Of a DNA stretch of 64,000 nt, positions 35,779 through 49,602 are shown piece by piece. Each line of letters opens with the position of its first letter. Position 1 is the first letter of the stretch. The stretch is taken from positions 28,206,750 through 28,270,749 of the forward strand of contig CM074524.1 of the NCBI GenBank assembly GCA_037379345.1, written 5' to 3'. Both the position numbers and the translations under genes were made by a program. Source of the stretch: Perna viridis (taxonomy: Eukaryota). The notes under the pieces were generated by a model. That model was not told the DNA's origin. It saw only the letters and a program-made list of their open reading frames with translations, and did no database searches.

Positions 35779-38133
35779 AGGTGTACAATTCTTGTGGTGA
35801 CCTCTGAAAGTATTTACCATTTTGTATTTAGGTTCTATGCTGGTGCATTTGTTACGTTTCACCATATCTATTCTTTTTCTATTCCAACTTCCACAGGGAA
35901 GATCTCCCTTATAATGTTTAGTCTGTTTAGAGGAAAATCTTTACTCAACAAGTTTTGTTTATTATGTCAAATGAATTACCAGCTGATTAAACAACAGTAC
36001 ACCTCTTTGACCATTTTATTACTAATTAAAATTGTTTCATTGCACAATGCGAGAAAATGTGTCGGCTATCTTTTTTTTTTTAGAGATAAAACTTGTTCCT
36101 TATTCTGTGGAATTTCAGAAAGAAGCGTTCAATATTGATGATGTGATATTAAAGATATTGACTTTCAAAAGTTTCCGTGGGTCAAAGTGGAAGGACGACT
36201 CGTCATTAGAGTCTACGTAAGTATCATCTAATGTATGGTCGTTGAAAGGCCACAAACTATATTTTTGCAGTATTTAGCCAACATGAAACTATAACATACA
36301 TTATAGATAGAAAGAAACTTACAGTTCATGAATTGATCCGAATAAAAGACTCCCATTAAGAGTTTTGCACTTGAAAGTTTAAAAAAATAGCAGTTTTGTA
36401 GTTTTTGGCTCATACATTGAATGGACCACAACATATGTACTGAATATTCTTCTATTCCTGATATTGTAAGGCGATGTAATGAGTTCCAGGCCTCTAGTTT
36501 ATATCGATATTTAATTACTTTTGTTTGTGGGTCTTTCGGATCTTACTTAAAGGTGTGTTTACATTTATTGAAGACATTTTGGTGAACTCTGGAAGTATTT
36601 ACTTTTTTGTATTTAGGCTATACGCTGGAGCATGTATCGTTTCACCATATTCGTTTTTTTCAAATGGTTAAAAAAGTTAATCAAATTTAAAAAAAAAAGT
36701 ATAGAATGTATACATTACTTATACTCTGTCTCCGATCAAACTAATACTAGAACTACTGAAAAAATGGTGGCACCAAAATCACTGGATAGAAATGTTTGCT
36801 CCAAATAAATTGTTTTTTTTTTTTTTTTTTTTTTTTTTTGGGGGGGGGGGGGTAGACAAAGTCGGAAATGATTATATTCGCTTTAATTATTGACTGTTAA
36901 TTTTAGAATTAGTGGGTGGGGAGGAAACAACTTTTTGTTTGATGCAATGCTAATTTTGTTCTGTGTTGTTAAACATTTCGATTATTAAAAATTGTGAATT
37001 TTCACTGAATTATACTTTGCCACCAGTACCCTTGACCTGTGCATACTAAGGAAAAAACACAGGAAAATATGTTCTTTTTTAATTGCCGTTTCCATCCCTG
37101 CAAAATGCAAGCGCATACAATGCAAGCATACATGGTTGAAGTTATGTAGGCGTACTGTCAATAGCATAACTTTCTAATAGCGAGTACTTAATAAGAACAG
37201 GAAGCACTTTGATAACGATAAAGTAATCAATTATATTACTCTCTTCAAGGTTCATAAATACTTTTTCGGCAAATATGGCATAAATTAACCACAATTTTTG
37301 TTTTGTTATATATTATTGTGGTGCAGTTCGCAGGTTGGTTACCTGATAGCTACATATAACTAATCTGCATAAGACACAAGGATTTCATTACTGGTCTTAC
37401 TAGAAATTACACAGAGGCGGTCATCCAACGAACTCATAATTTTAATCTTTTTGAATTGGACAAAGTTCCTATTTGTTATATAAAGCATCGTACTTGGTGT
37501 TTGGACAGTCCAAAAAGCTGCTTCGCCTGCTCCGGACACAAGGATATAGCAATTTGATCCTTGAAGCCCTTCGCAACTCAAAAATGGCAATGTTCATTTG
37601 AGTTATTTTAATAACTGAATACAAATAGCTATCCTCCTCTAGGATATATCACCCTCGACGTCACAATATATCACACTCTCGTATTCAGTATAATATAACA
37701 CATACCGCCTGTAGTAGAGGGTCTTACTAGGGTGTTTCTAGGAAAGCAAAGGACACTTCCACTACCGGTGCACCTCGTCCATGCTCCCAGTTTTTATTGG
37801 AGTCCGAGTTGCTCATTTACTTTTGTTATTTTATATGCATTATTTTCGTTATTTTATCTTCTTTGTTGTGTGTGTCTGTTTAACATGTCTGGTCATTGTC
37901 CCTGTATTACATTCTTTTGATTTCCGCTATAATCTTGGTTCCCTTGATTACTCTTACATTGTTGGTAACAAAAACACTCTGGTCTTGATGAATAACAACT
38001 GTGTTTATAATCTTATAGTAGCGTCTATGTAGTATAGACGACGAGGTGGTATATAATGAACCTTGGACGTTATTATAGAATATTCTTATGTTGATATCAA
38101 GTTGATTTGAAGAATATCATAATTGAAACTTAC

Positions 38134-38415
38134 TTGTATTGTATACGTTCTCAAAGTTCACAAAACGATAAAGTATATTCCTACTTATTCAAATACTAAA
38201 ATGGGTATAATATTTCCGAACACTAAATCTCCAAGCCAGCTCACAGATGTTCTCCAAAATGAACATATAGTCTAAATATTATATTTAAAATGTTTGGGAA
38301 GGGTCAATCTATATTCTTCCTTGTACAAGTATCAAGAACTTCATATATATTTCTCTGACACTTATATTTTCCTCGCCGTTTTCCGCCGTAATCTTCAACA
38401 AAACCGATTTATATA
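38134..38415 (-). promoter_or_regulatory. Candidate 5' non-coding exon and TATA box of the minus-strand GPCR
   Basis: AAG-less GTAAGT donor (plus-strand acttac, 38128-38133) and TATATAAA on the minus strand at 38408-38415. A competing GTAAGT donor exists at about 39648. Confidence 0.35.
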
Positions 38416-41400
38416 CATGTATTAAGTAGCACTCCAGCTAAAAGTTATGCAAATTGTGATTCATGACTGAAAAGCCTACATATTTTTGTTTAAATAGTGT
38501 TTGAATTGCCATAAAAACAAAAATTAATATTCGTTTTTTTCATATAATCCGTGATCTCAGGAGATCAAAATTATTTAGAATGCACGGTAGGTTTCAAAAT
38601 TAAAGGAGATAACTCTGAAAAAGACACTGAAATGCAATAGAATCTATTGGGTTTTCAATGTTGATTATTTCCTAAGAGCAGTCAGATTAGAATGAATAAT
38701 TACACCTTTCATAATATACATGTAGATCTATTAAACAACTGAATTACAAAAATAACCAAAGACTTAAGTCTTCAAAGTCGCTATTCGTCAAATATTTACT
38801 CTCACTCATTTTGGCTTACTTGTTACAAATGCAATATGCTCTAAAATCGGGTGATTTCCGCTAAAATCTGGATATTATTGCGTACTCTTTCGTAAACGTT
38901 ATGACCCGAATGTTTTCAATCATCCGGAACAAGATTAAACAAATGGCAATGGCTATATAACTATATAGATATAGGTGTCCCGATCATACATATGACCTTA
39001 TATAATCAATTGTAACGAACGCCTGTGTTTGAAAATGAAACAGGGTAATATTACATACATTCAATGCTAATCGATCATTTTATCTTTTAAAAAGGTACGT
39101 TGGGTCGCTTTTGATATTGACCAAGGAACCAGTTAAGGAACCAGATTAAGCAGCTGGCAATGAATATTCATAAATATTGGGGCTTGCTAATGTATATGAC
39201 CTATATAGTCTTGTAACGAGCCCCTGTGCTTGAATCGGAAACTGGGTGATGTTCAATGCTAAACGATAATTTCATGTAGACTTCCCGTTCTCGTACAAGC
39301 AAGAAACACACGTAGATCACTCGTGCATGATAATTAAGAGGTACAATTTTATCTCGTATGAAGCTAGAACTATGACGCTATGGCGGTAAATACGACAAGG
39401 ATCTGCAGGATAATGTGGCGTATAACTACATATTTATGCAAATCATATGCGAATATTCAGTACTGAAATTATTGACTTAAAAATGTGTAGCCCTTTTTAG
39501 GGTGTATCACATTTTCAAATTTTGCATGATTCTTACAAAGACAGCTACTTAAGATCTTATTTCCTTCCCCGCTTCTTTCGACGTAAGGTCTGCGCATGTA
39601 GGGTTGAGAAATCAAGCCTTCAGTCTGTTCTATATACACATCACTTACCACTGAAATTGTCCATTCATTTTCAAAGCGAACGGAGAACTGAATACATGTA
39701 GCAGGCTGAAGTCACAATGTTGTCACCATCTGGTACAAATAAAAAAGTAAACTAATTTCACTCACAGAACAATCCTTTTAATGTTTAAAGGAATGAGTAA
39801 ATAAAATACAAGTTGTTACAAAACACAGTACCCAACCGATATTACTTTAAAATGTAATATTAATAAGTTGATAACCGAACTTACAATAGGATTGTAAAAA
39901 AAGAAGCTACTGCAATGCAAAATGTTATTCGAGGCATGTATTTCGTCAAAATAATTGTGAACAATCAATACAAGGCGATGGATTGTAAGACGACATAGAA
40001 CATTGCAAATTAAAAAATAAGAAAAAAGAAACAACATAAAACGTTTAATTGTGCATCTAAGGTCTACCATAGTAATGTAAAACATTGAAATAAATAGTCT
40101 ATACACACCATCAGTCTGGTATTTGTCTCCTGCACAGACATATAGCTGCTTCCTGAGTATCACTAGCTTATAGGTTATAGAGGATGTTAAAACGTTCACA
40201 TAAAATACACACACAATTCTCGAAGCTGATTCAGCTGTACTGTGCCATAATTTGCTTTAAAAAGGCGGAGTTTAATGAAGCAGAAGTTTAATAGCTTTAA
40301 TTTCAAATAGCGGACTTACTCTCTGCACCGGAGATTGGTTTGTTTCGGAATTTATTATTGATCCTGAACTTACAAAGTTCATTATAAACAGTGTCTGGAC
40401 GGATCAAAAAGTCTATTGAAAACCCAGCACACACAAGAAGTTTACACTTTTAATAGCAAATTTACTTTTCGAATATTAGTATCAATTTATTGTCATAGCC
40501 ATTTCCTCATTATTTTCTTACAAATGTAATGTAGTTAGAAATTCAACTGGATTATACTTTGTAATGCCTATCCAATGGCTTTTGAGGAAAAAGACAAGGA
40601 AAAACTGACGTTGACGATCGTAGAGACGTTTCACACAAACACGAAAGTTTCGAATGTTGAAACGGATAAGAAAAACAGAAAAAAGAACGCCTAATGAAGT
40701 CAAAACAAACTTGAGTACATTCCCTTACAGCCATGTCATACTACAACGTTTTAGCTAACATATGACTAGGTTCAAACCAATATCAATTACTTTGACACGC
40801 AATGTAGAAAATAAAGTAATTCCCTTTATAACGTGAGACTTACGACCTATACATAGTATGGAAAACTAATCCACAACTTATCGGTAGCGTTTTAAATGTG
40901 CAAAAGCGTATCATAGCGTTTCACTAGCGTATATGACGTATGTAGACCAACGAAAACAGCCCAAAGTCGTCCTCATCTCCATCTGATGGAAGACGCTCTT
41001 GTGCAGGATTTTTTTAATATTTCTTCAGTTGAATCTGTGACAGCAACTGTAATATCAGAGGCAAAACCTGAGGATCTTTCACATCAAAACATGAACGAAG
41101 AATGGGCGCTAAGGAGAAGATGTCCATGCTTGTGTCTCCACAGGAGAATGTATATGGGTATAAAAATTACAGATGTGTGAAGGAGAGATAGGAAACACAC
41201 TCAGGAAAGACCGGGCATAGATCATGGACAAGACAGTGGACTATTTAAATTCAAATAAATGTGGGACAATAAAACCGCCGGCAGTCAGTAAACATGTGGA
41301 AACGAGGCACCTGGGTGTACGGAACGTTCAATTCTCTGTTTTTCGAAAAGTCAAAATCGAACTAGAAATTGATATTTAATTGTCCAATAGTATTACTAGC

Positions 41401-43099
41401 TGAATATATTAATATTCTTTTTGTCTCTCTATATATATATATCTTGCCATGGTCCTGTAACAGCTGATGAGTAAATAAAATGTTTGGTGAGATTTTGTCT
41501 TTCCCGTCTTTGACACTTTAGCTCGGAGTCATCTGTGCATCAAATGCTAATCCTGCACATCCGATATTAGCCCAAATAAATTTGTATTCAGCATCTAGAA
41601 GTACCATTAGGAAGCAGGTTAAAATACCCAACCACATATTACTCAATGATAGCGTTATAATTTATCTGACCAATTGGAAAATGGTGGTGTAGGGCCTCTA
41701 CATGCAAATTTCATAGATGAACACTTGTTACCAGGGGCGAGGAGACACAAAGTGGGAGCAAACTTCAAGCTATGTTTGAGAAACTTTCATAACCATGGGT
41801 GGTTCTTCTTTCTTGTGTAACAGTTCATCTGTTACTTCTGGTAGCAATTGAAAATGGTTGATGAATGATGCAAAATCCGTATTACCTAGCTCCACTAGAA
41901 GTTTCTTATTCATTCCAAATTACCGCCGTTTTGCAATCAATGTCTTTTTGTTACCTTGTGCGTGTTATTTCCGCTAGAGTCTTGGTTCCCTTGATTACTC
42001 CTTCTGATGGTCGTGGATCGCAAAGCTTAGGAAAAATCTAGTGAGTCGGTCTGATGCTGAGGGGAAGCAGACTTTGGAAATCATGCTACATTCCTCTAGA
42101 AACAACTGTTGTGTTCTGTGTGACTGAACAATTTTGTCATGTACCCAACTGAATCATCAAAACTCTGGTTGATATAATGTTACTCGTTAGCAACAGTGCA
42201 TAAAATACGTTTCGTGGATGTTCAGCTCGCATTATTAACTTTAAGAACGTGTTCAGTACATGCACCAGTCCGTGCAACTATTGTTGATCCGTCGAACCCG
42301 ATTCGTTAAAGCGATTATCGCTTCCCTTTTCATCACGTGACTGCTCATCGGTAAATATATTTTTCGGATTCCTTTGTTTCGCGGTAATCCATTTTTACTC
42401 ATATTTACTAAATGGTATAATTTAGACATCAGTTAAGTTACATTTGCTTTTTACATCGTTTTTTTAGATACAAAATGTGGATTTGCTATCTTAAATACAA
42501 GATTAATTTGATGTAGCATTATTTTGGATTTGTTCCAATGAAAATTCTGAAATTTATGTGAACCGATCATCCGTCAATTTACGTAACAAAATCGCGATCA
42601 GATCAGTAACCGGTTATCGGATATCGATTCGTAAGCAATCGATCAATCAGCGGTCATCGATCCGTCAAGTAGTTGTGGATCGATTCGGAGACTCACTGTA
42701 CATATCCGGACATTTTTTTAAACGAGGTTGGTTTATTATAAATGTAAGACAGATATTGTACATTTGTTTCAATGTCGATCAACGTTCATCCAAATTCAAT
42801 TTAATGTACAAGAAACGACTAGAAGTTTAATTGTTTATTGCTTGATATTTGGTGTATGACTGTCTTATTGGCAATCATACCACATCTCAAAAATTTATAT
42901 TTAACACAAAAGCGCGTGAAAATAACGTTCCTATGACGTTAGATTAGCTCTGTTTCGCACTTGTACGGAATTTCGATTCGGTTCATAACCAAAGAGTCAT
43001 CAACATGATGACAGCATCTGATTCCATTTTTCTATAATTAGCATAAATTGATTTGAGAATTGTGGTAAAAATTTTAGGGGCTGATGCTAAGCCAAAAGG

Positions 43100-43500
43100 A
43101 AGTACACGTAACGAAAATTTCCTTTCCAGGGAAAACGCAGATACTTTCTAAAAGCAGGATTAATTTCCACATGATAATAAGTATCTTTCAAATCTAACGT
43201 ACACAAAACAAAATCATTTTCACCACCCAAATCCAAGGTACAACGAAGATGTTCTTGTTTAAAGTGGTGATACATTACAAACTCATATACAGATTTCAAA
43301 TTAATGACTTGTCTAAAAAAACATCCTTTTTTAGAACAGCAAATATATTTGAAATGAAGGAGTTGCTGACATCTGGAACCTCTTCATTAGCACCTTTCAA
43401 AATTGAAGTACAAACTTTTTGGCCAATACTGTTAGCTTTTTATTGTGGAAAAAGAATGTTTTTGGAATTTGTAACTGAAAGAGTTCCTCATAAAATTTAA
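43100..43500 (-). mobile_element. DIRS/Ngaro-type reverse transcriptase fragment
   Basis: FISNIFAVLKK...FRQVINLK...HHFKQEHL...TLDLKDTYYHVEINPAFRKYLRFPWKG, disrupted. Typical of tyrosine-recombinase retrotransposon RT. More DIRS-like debris may lie at 40.4-42.2 and 46.8-47.6 kb (unsure). Confidence 0.8.
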
Positions 43501-43859
43501 TTTAAAGTTTCTCACATAATCCACTTATCAGAGGTAAAAAAAAAACAACAGAAAGGTCATAATCAAGAATCCGCATATAAATCGTGAATTCTGACTTAAT
43601 AAGGTCGTCTGACGAATGACTTTCTTTGGACATTTTTAGGCACAAAAAATTCAATCAGTGGTCATAACTGGCGATTTGTTTGGAATGAGAACAGTAGTCC
43701 CCTCTGACACCTAGACAGGGCGTCTGTAGATCAAAACTCCTTGACCATGTTGTGGCACGTACCGATTATCAGGTTTTTGTATATTTCTACGTGCACTAAA
43801 ACCAGAAGATATTCATTAACACCCACATTTCTTTTTGTGTTCTAAGGCAATCATCTCCA

Positions 43860-46800
43860 AATAAGGAAAGTTGCCAGAGATGAAAGAAAAATTAACAATA
43901 CGGAATGAAAAGTCATCGCATTTGTCATATAGTTTGGTCAGTAGTTTTCTTTTACCATCAATCTCTAAATGAAGGTTAAGATATGAGTCGGACTTCACAG
44001 TGTCTAAAGTTTCCTTTATCTCAAGACCTTTGGGGTAGATGCAAGGAAAAAAATCCCAAATCCCCCAAACTAGGATTGTCTAATGATAATACGTCTTATG
44101 TTCTTAATTGCAAAATCAAACGAACATAGACTATTTATAAATTAAACACAAACACAGTGTTTGGATATTGGCTCGCCTTACAGTGCAGTAAAACTTTATT
44201 TATTAAATTAAAAAAATAAGGTATAGTCCATGAAACTGTCTGCCTAGGCTGCATAAAAATAATAAAACAAACAATATACAAAAGAAAACATTTTGTTAAA
44301 TATCAACCTAAAACAATACTGACATTGTTTAAGTAAAAAAACTCTGTATGAAAGGCAACCGTCGAATACTTAATGCTACTTTCTAGAGTTGACCGTTACA
44401 ACTATTCCCGCTAAAATATCATTTAACATCCATGCCTTAAACCACAAGGCTCATTTACATACATGTATACATTTAAATACTATAATAAACAAACACGTGT
44501 TTATTGTAACATTTATAAATGTGTATATATGTAGTGTGCCCGTATTAGATTTTATGTGTTGTTTTTATTAAATTTGATTTAATAAATATTTATTTGCATT
44601 TGAAATGTACAATTCCATTTCAGATTATTAACTAAACTTTGAATTTGCAGCCTCTATATGTACAAACATGTACATGTATATTATCATGTATATGTGTTGT
44701 TTTCTTGACAACTAATTGTTTTATCATATTTCAGAATGATTATGATTATTTTATATGATTTGTAAATTAATCATTCTTATCTTTATTTCAGCTAAATAAT
44801 TACTTTATATACCCGTGCAGGTCCGGATGTTAAAAGAATAGGCCTGCAGCAGCGCTAAGCTTGTCGTAAAAGGCGACTAAATAGTGTTCAGAACCCTAGC
44901 CGGGGGCTAGGGCGCTCTGCCCACAGAGCAACTGGGATGTGTGCCCCAGGTGGTGGAATGGGGTACCTCTGGCGTGTTACATGCTGGGGTTGTCAGGCTA
45001 TAATACGGAAAACCTGACCGCAAACCATAGTGGTGCACCGTGTTGGGAAAGATGCCACGTTCCTCGCACGTTAAAGAACCCTACTGTGGTATTCTCCCGG
45101 AGTAGGAACCATAGGGCTCCGCCACAGGAGGCTGAATTGCCCGACCCTATCCACCTCTCCCTATTTCCAGTGGCAATCAAAATTTGTCGACCCCATTGTC
45201 CTTGTGTCCCATCCCTTTCTCATTTCATCAATTCATGTTCATTTTATCATCAATTTCATGTTCATTGTCTGAATATAGCTGAAATATTGCTGCTCGGACG
45301 TTAAACCCCAACAAACAAACAAACAAACTAATTACTTTATTATTTTATATCACATAGACAATTAATACTACATTTAATTGCAGGTAAACTTGGTCGTTGT
45401 TGACTGAGTTAGTGAGGTGTTTTTATCCTTGTTTTTCACTTTGTATGTTTAGTGTTATTCTAATTAGAACACTTTAACCTGTCTTCTGTTTATCCTTATT
45501 TGGGAATACTTTTTGGCTATTTGTATAAACCTCAAGGTTATAACCATATATAGACATGGTAAGTTTTTCTAATTTAAATATTAAGACATTTTGAGTAGTC
45601 TTATGTTTAATGTCTAGTTCTATATGGTTTTTGTATTTGCTTTATAAACTGTGCATTTTTAAAACTTGTATTACAAGTGTTTGTTGTAACTGAAATGATT
45701 TCATATTTCATTTTCAAAGTTATTAATTTGATGCAATTTATACCTAATGTCTATGTATTATGACAATATATGAATACATGCTTCTATTTATATTTTTGTT
45801 TCTTTGTAGTTGGTGTTTACATTTAGCATTCAATAAATAATTAAAGAATCCTAGAAACGACTTCCGTATTTGTGTCTTACGAAAGCCTGATACAGTAGTG
45901 GAAACTGAGATTAAAATATATAGCTAAACGACGCTTCTTCTTTTGGATCAAATCAGCAATAACTTCAGCCTCATTAGAGTGAAGGAATAGGCCAGCAAAT
46001 AGAGGAGAACGACATGTCCGATATGGAATGCGGACCTTTGGTTGAAAAACGCGTTCACCACACTGGACAAATATGTTGTCGAAAAAATTATAGCATTTTG
46101 GTATATTTGTAAGATGGCTTTGAATAGTTTTTTTGCTTTTTATGAGCAACTCAGTGGGTGTTTCTAGAAAAGCAGAGGACGCTTACTCTACCGGTGCACC
46201 TGGTCCATGCTCCCAAATTTTAGCGGAGTCCGATTGCTCATTTGCTGTGTTTACTTCGTATGTATTATTTTATTCACTTTATGTTCTTTGTTGTGTATGT
46301 CTGCTTTCCATGTCTGGTCTTTGTCCCTGGATTACATTCTTTTGATTACCGCTATAACCTTGGTTCCCTTGATATATATTTGGAAGATGATTTGGAATTA
46401 TTTCTTGCAAAGTATGATGCATCTCTACCAAGATCTACATATTTACCCACTCCGACAGTGAATCAACGTCTTCTTGTTCTCTTTCTATCCATTTCTATCC
46501 ATGCATAGTCGTCCACGCCATTCATAAGAACTTTTTTAAGTTATATAATTATAATTCCAATTTATAAAGAAAGGACCTTAAGGAGAGATTTGTTTTCGAT
46601 GATGTTTAAATCTCCCGCGATGACTACATTTGAATTGATACTTTTTGCAAGAGCGGTCAGGTGGTTTAATGGTGTATTTTGCCAAGAATACCAACTTTCA
46701 TAGAGAGAATTAAATGATCGTTTGATAAAACTGTTGATAAAGTATCGGGGATATGATGGTACTAATTTCCGAACGATGACCGCACATTTGTTCGTTTAAT
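43860..46800 (-). mobile_element. Fragmented Penelope-like retroelement RT interrupted by younger insertions
   Basis: Minus-strand pieces in RT order: GDLNIIENK...DYA...REQEDVDSLSEW (about 46400-46640); FDNIFVQCGERVFQ...SPLFAGLFLHSNE (45890-46130); IYPKGLEIK...SYLNLHLEID...TKLYDKCDDFSFRIVNF (43860-44060). Confidence 0.75.
44809..45328 (+). mobile_element. Short non-autonomous retroposon (SINE or bipartite-LINE type) with (AAAC)n tail and 12-bp TSD
   Basis: TSD TAATTACTTTAT at 44797-44808 and 45329-45340. GC-rich body, ending ggacgttaaaccccaa(caaa)n. No obvious tRNA head. Confidence 0.9.
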
Positions 46801-49602
46801 CGTTCTTTTGTTTCACTGACATATACTAGACCGTATAAGTTGCATTCTGATCCGTCGATTTGCAACTTAAGTCATCATGACGTCTTGTGTGAAAGGTATT
46901 GTTCTGAAGGGTACTAGTGAAGAAAGGGTCGGTCATTAGAATGTTGCTTGTATTAGAGTTCAAAGTGAGGGCAGCATTGATACCTCTTGCTGAACCATTA
47001 CCTCTTCTCCTCATTATCTAATTTTGGAAAATTACAATCATCCTCATATAGAACTTCTTTTGAATTAGAGGGATCTGAAATACATGGCACGGAAACCTAA
47101 AGATTAAAAGGATCATTTGTAGTAAAAAGGACTAAGGAAGATGACCGGCCAAACGTCTGATCAAAGGCATTCCTAGGGTCTACTCCCATAGGACTAGCAT
47201 CTACCTCTTCTTGCTGAAACTGATCATTGTCATCTTGATAATTAGTATCAAACTCATTATAGTCAGGGACTGGGCTCAACTAAATGAGGAAAATAAATTT
47301 CAGGTTGAGACCCACTAGGATAGAATGACCTACAGAAAAGGTAATCAATGCCTAGGTCTTCTGGTAGCTAAACTGAAGAAACTTTTAATCTGCAGTAGCA
47401 GATTTTTTAGCAGTTTTGCAGAACTAGTACTCTGTACCACGTCTAAAAATACATTTTTATCCTTATAAAACAGTATAAAAACTGCAAATGGGAAAAAGTA
47501 TATACCTTTAAAAAAAATATGAAAATCCACAAAATAAAATGATAGCCAAAGCTTGCCTTACTTCATAATTTATGAAGAAAGCACGTGGAGCTTTGATATT
47601 ATACAGGATATTGTCATGGTATGTGATTTTGACCTATTTAAACTGAGATCTTGCTATAGAAATCTATTGATATGCTTCTTCGTTTTTTTTAAGTCTTCCA
47701 GTAAACCATCTAAGTTGAGGTGATTACTTACTGGTGCATGCATGACTTATATGCATGAAGTGTTAACAATTAAACTTGTATATATATATATATAATAATT
47801 GTTCGAAGAAAAAAAAATACGTGTACATTTTAGTAGACAATTGTGGTTAAAAGTATATGCTACCTCTTTTAACGAAGGAGAATGTTGGATATTTAACGTC
47901 ATTATTGAGAATAAACATTAAGATGCAAAATGTTAATACACTGTATAAACGTGTTAGGATACATTCGAACGCTTTGGCACACGTTGGTGCAATGCAATGC
48001 GGTATAGTGACAGGACCATTAATGACACCAGCATATTATTCCGTTTGTCAAATTCGTTATACATAGTGAAAGAGACCCTGACTATTGTTTGCTGAGCATT
48101 AGTTTAATCGTGTTTTGTATTGTTTATGATTTTTATAGATGCATTTATATAGATAAAAATTCCACAATCATACACCCCTGAGAGAAAAGATTGACATGAT
48201 ACATTGTTTAATCGGTACCAGTTTGTACTGTATAGATCTATTTTGAAATAGAAGATCGCTAGAGTTGTCTTTCTTTGTCCTGCGATCATAGTACAATATC
48301 ATTGTATTCTTAAAAGACTTGGAGACCAGAACCGTGGTAAATTTTCGATTGCCATATGAGAAGCACGGTCTAAAATGGACGTGGTTTGTGTTTATGTAAA
48401 TTACATCTACGTTTAACGGGGAACACAACACTTACGGGCAATAACTCTGTAAAAATCAGCAAAATGTTTTATTTTGTAATATTATGAAAAAGCAAACCCA
48501 AATCATCTTATTGATTAAAAATTGTGTTAATAAAGCTACTACATGTATATGTTCATTAAAATCATTTACATGGAACGTGTGGTTAAAGTATATAGCAATT
48601 AATCATAACAGGCTTTGGTGACCGTTCTGAAAATTTAATATTGTAAAAAAAACTGTACTAACGTGGGAACGTTGCCAATTGTCGTCTGCAATATAAACAT
48701 ACATAATGATTCAGTAAACTAGTTGGAAACATCGGTCTACCCGTTAACACTAAGTTCTTAAAATTGCAACCAACTGGTACATGATATTTTATGACACAGC
48801 TATACAAATTATAACATGTACAATTTTACTTTTACGTATTATAACTTGTACACAATATTGCAAAACATTTATTTCAACTTGAACAATATTGTCAAAATAT
48901 TACTATACTTAAAAGTTATTTACTGAGAACTGTTAAACTTTTTTGTGAGTGGAATTCTAGTAAATAAATTGGCCGCCATTTTAAAATCAGCGGCAAGAGG
49001 CTGTCATTTCGTCAATGGGAAATGTACAGTTATTTTCCAAAATTGAAGACACAATTATTAAAGCAGGAATTTGACATAAACCCGACGGACATAAAGTTAG
49101 TGAATAATTTATTGTCACAAAAACGTGTCAGCGTTACAATGTGACTGAAAACGTTGCTTCGGATATGTTGACAAACAAAAAGTAGTTCTGTAGAAGGTGG
49201 GCGTGACCTAAATAGCAAAATAGTTTATACAATTGAAACAATGTTGATTTTTGTCAACTAACCAATTAAATGGCAGGATTCTCATCAAATTAAAATATTA
49301 TTCGATATCTTTTCTTTGCGAACATAATAGATATATAATTTTATGTTTCATGCCCACTTGTGGCTTTGTGTCGGAATTTAGTACGGTAAAGCTAAATGGT
49401 TTACATGTCAATGTTAATCTCTCCTGTATGATGCAAGGTTTTCGTTCCGCGTTTTTAGAGAAGTACGCGCATGAATAAATTCGAAGTTTTCTAACAACTT
49501 AGTGAAATTAATCTAAAACTGAACAAATCGCAGAAACTAAGATCAAGACAAACATAGCAATCCCTTAAAATAGGTGCTATTTATGTTATCATTATACATG
49601 TA

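Noticed and set aside
41460-41500. CTGATGAG hammerhead-like core (also at about 5700)
   Set aside because: No stem II followed by GAAA and no pairing flanks could be found.
44939-45304. 121-aa ORF within the GC-rich retroposon
   Set aside because: No recognisable domain; an expected chance ORF in GC-rich repeat sequence.
46133-46372. Inverted pseudo-LTR arrangement next to the minus-strand RT fragment
   Set aside because: Minus-strand RT debris continues on both sides, so a nested independent insertion of the 3' repeat is the simpler explanation.
46826-47279. Acidic, low-complexity minus-strand ORFs as a host gene
   Set aside because: No consistent splice structure. They are more likely decayed gag-like TE sequence, which I cannot assign without a search.
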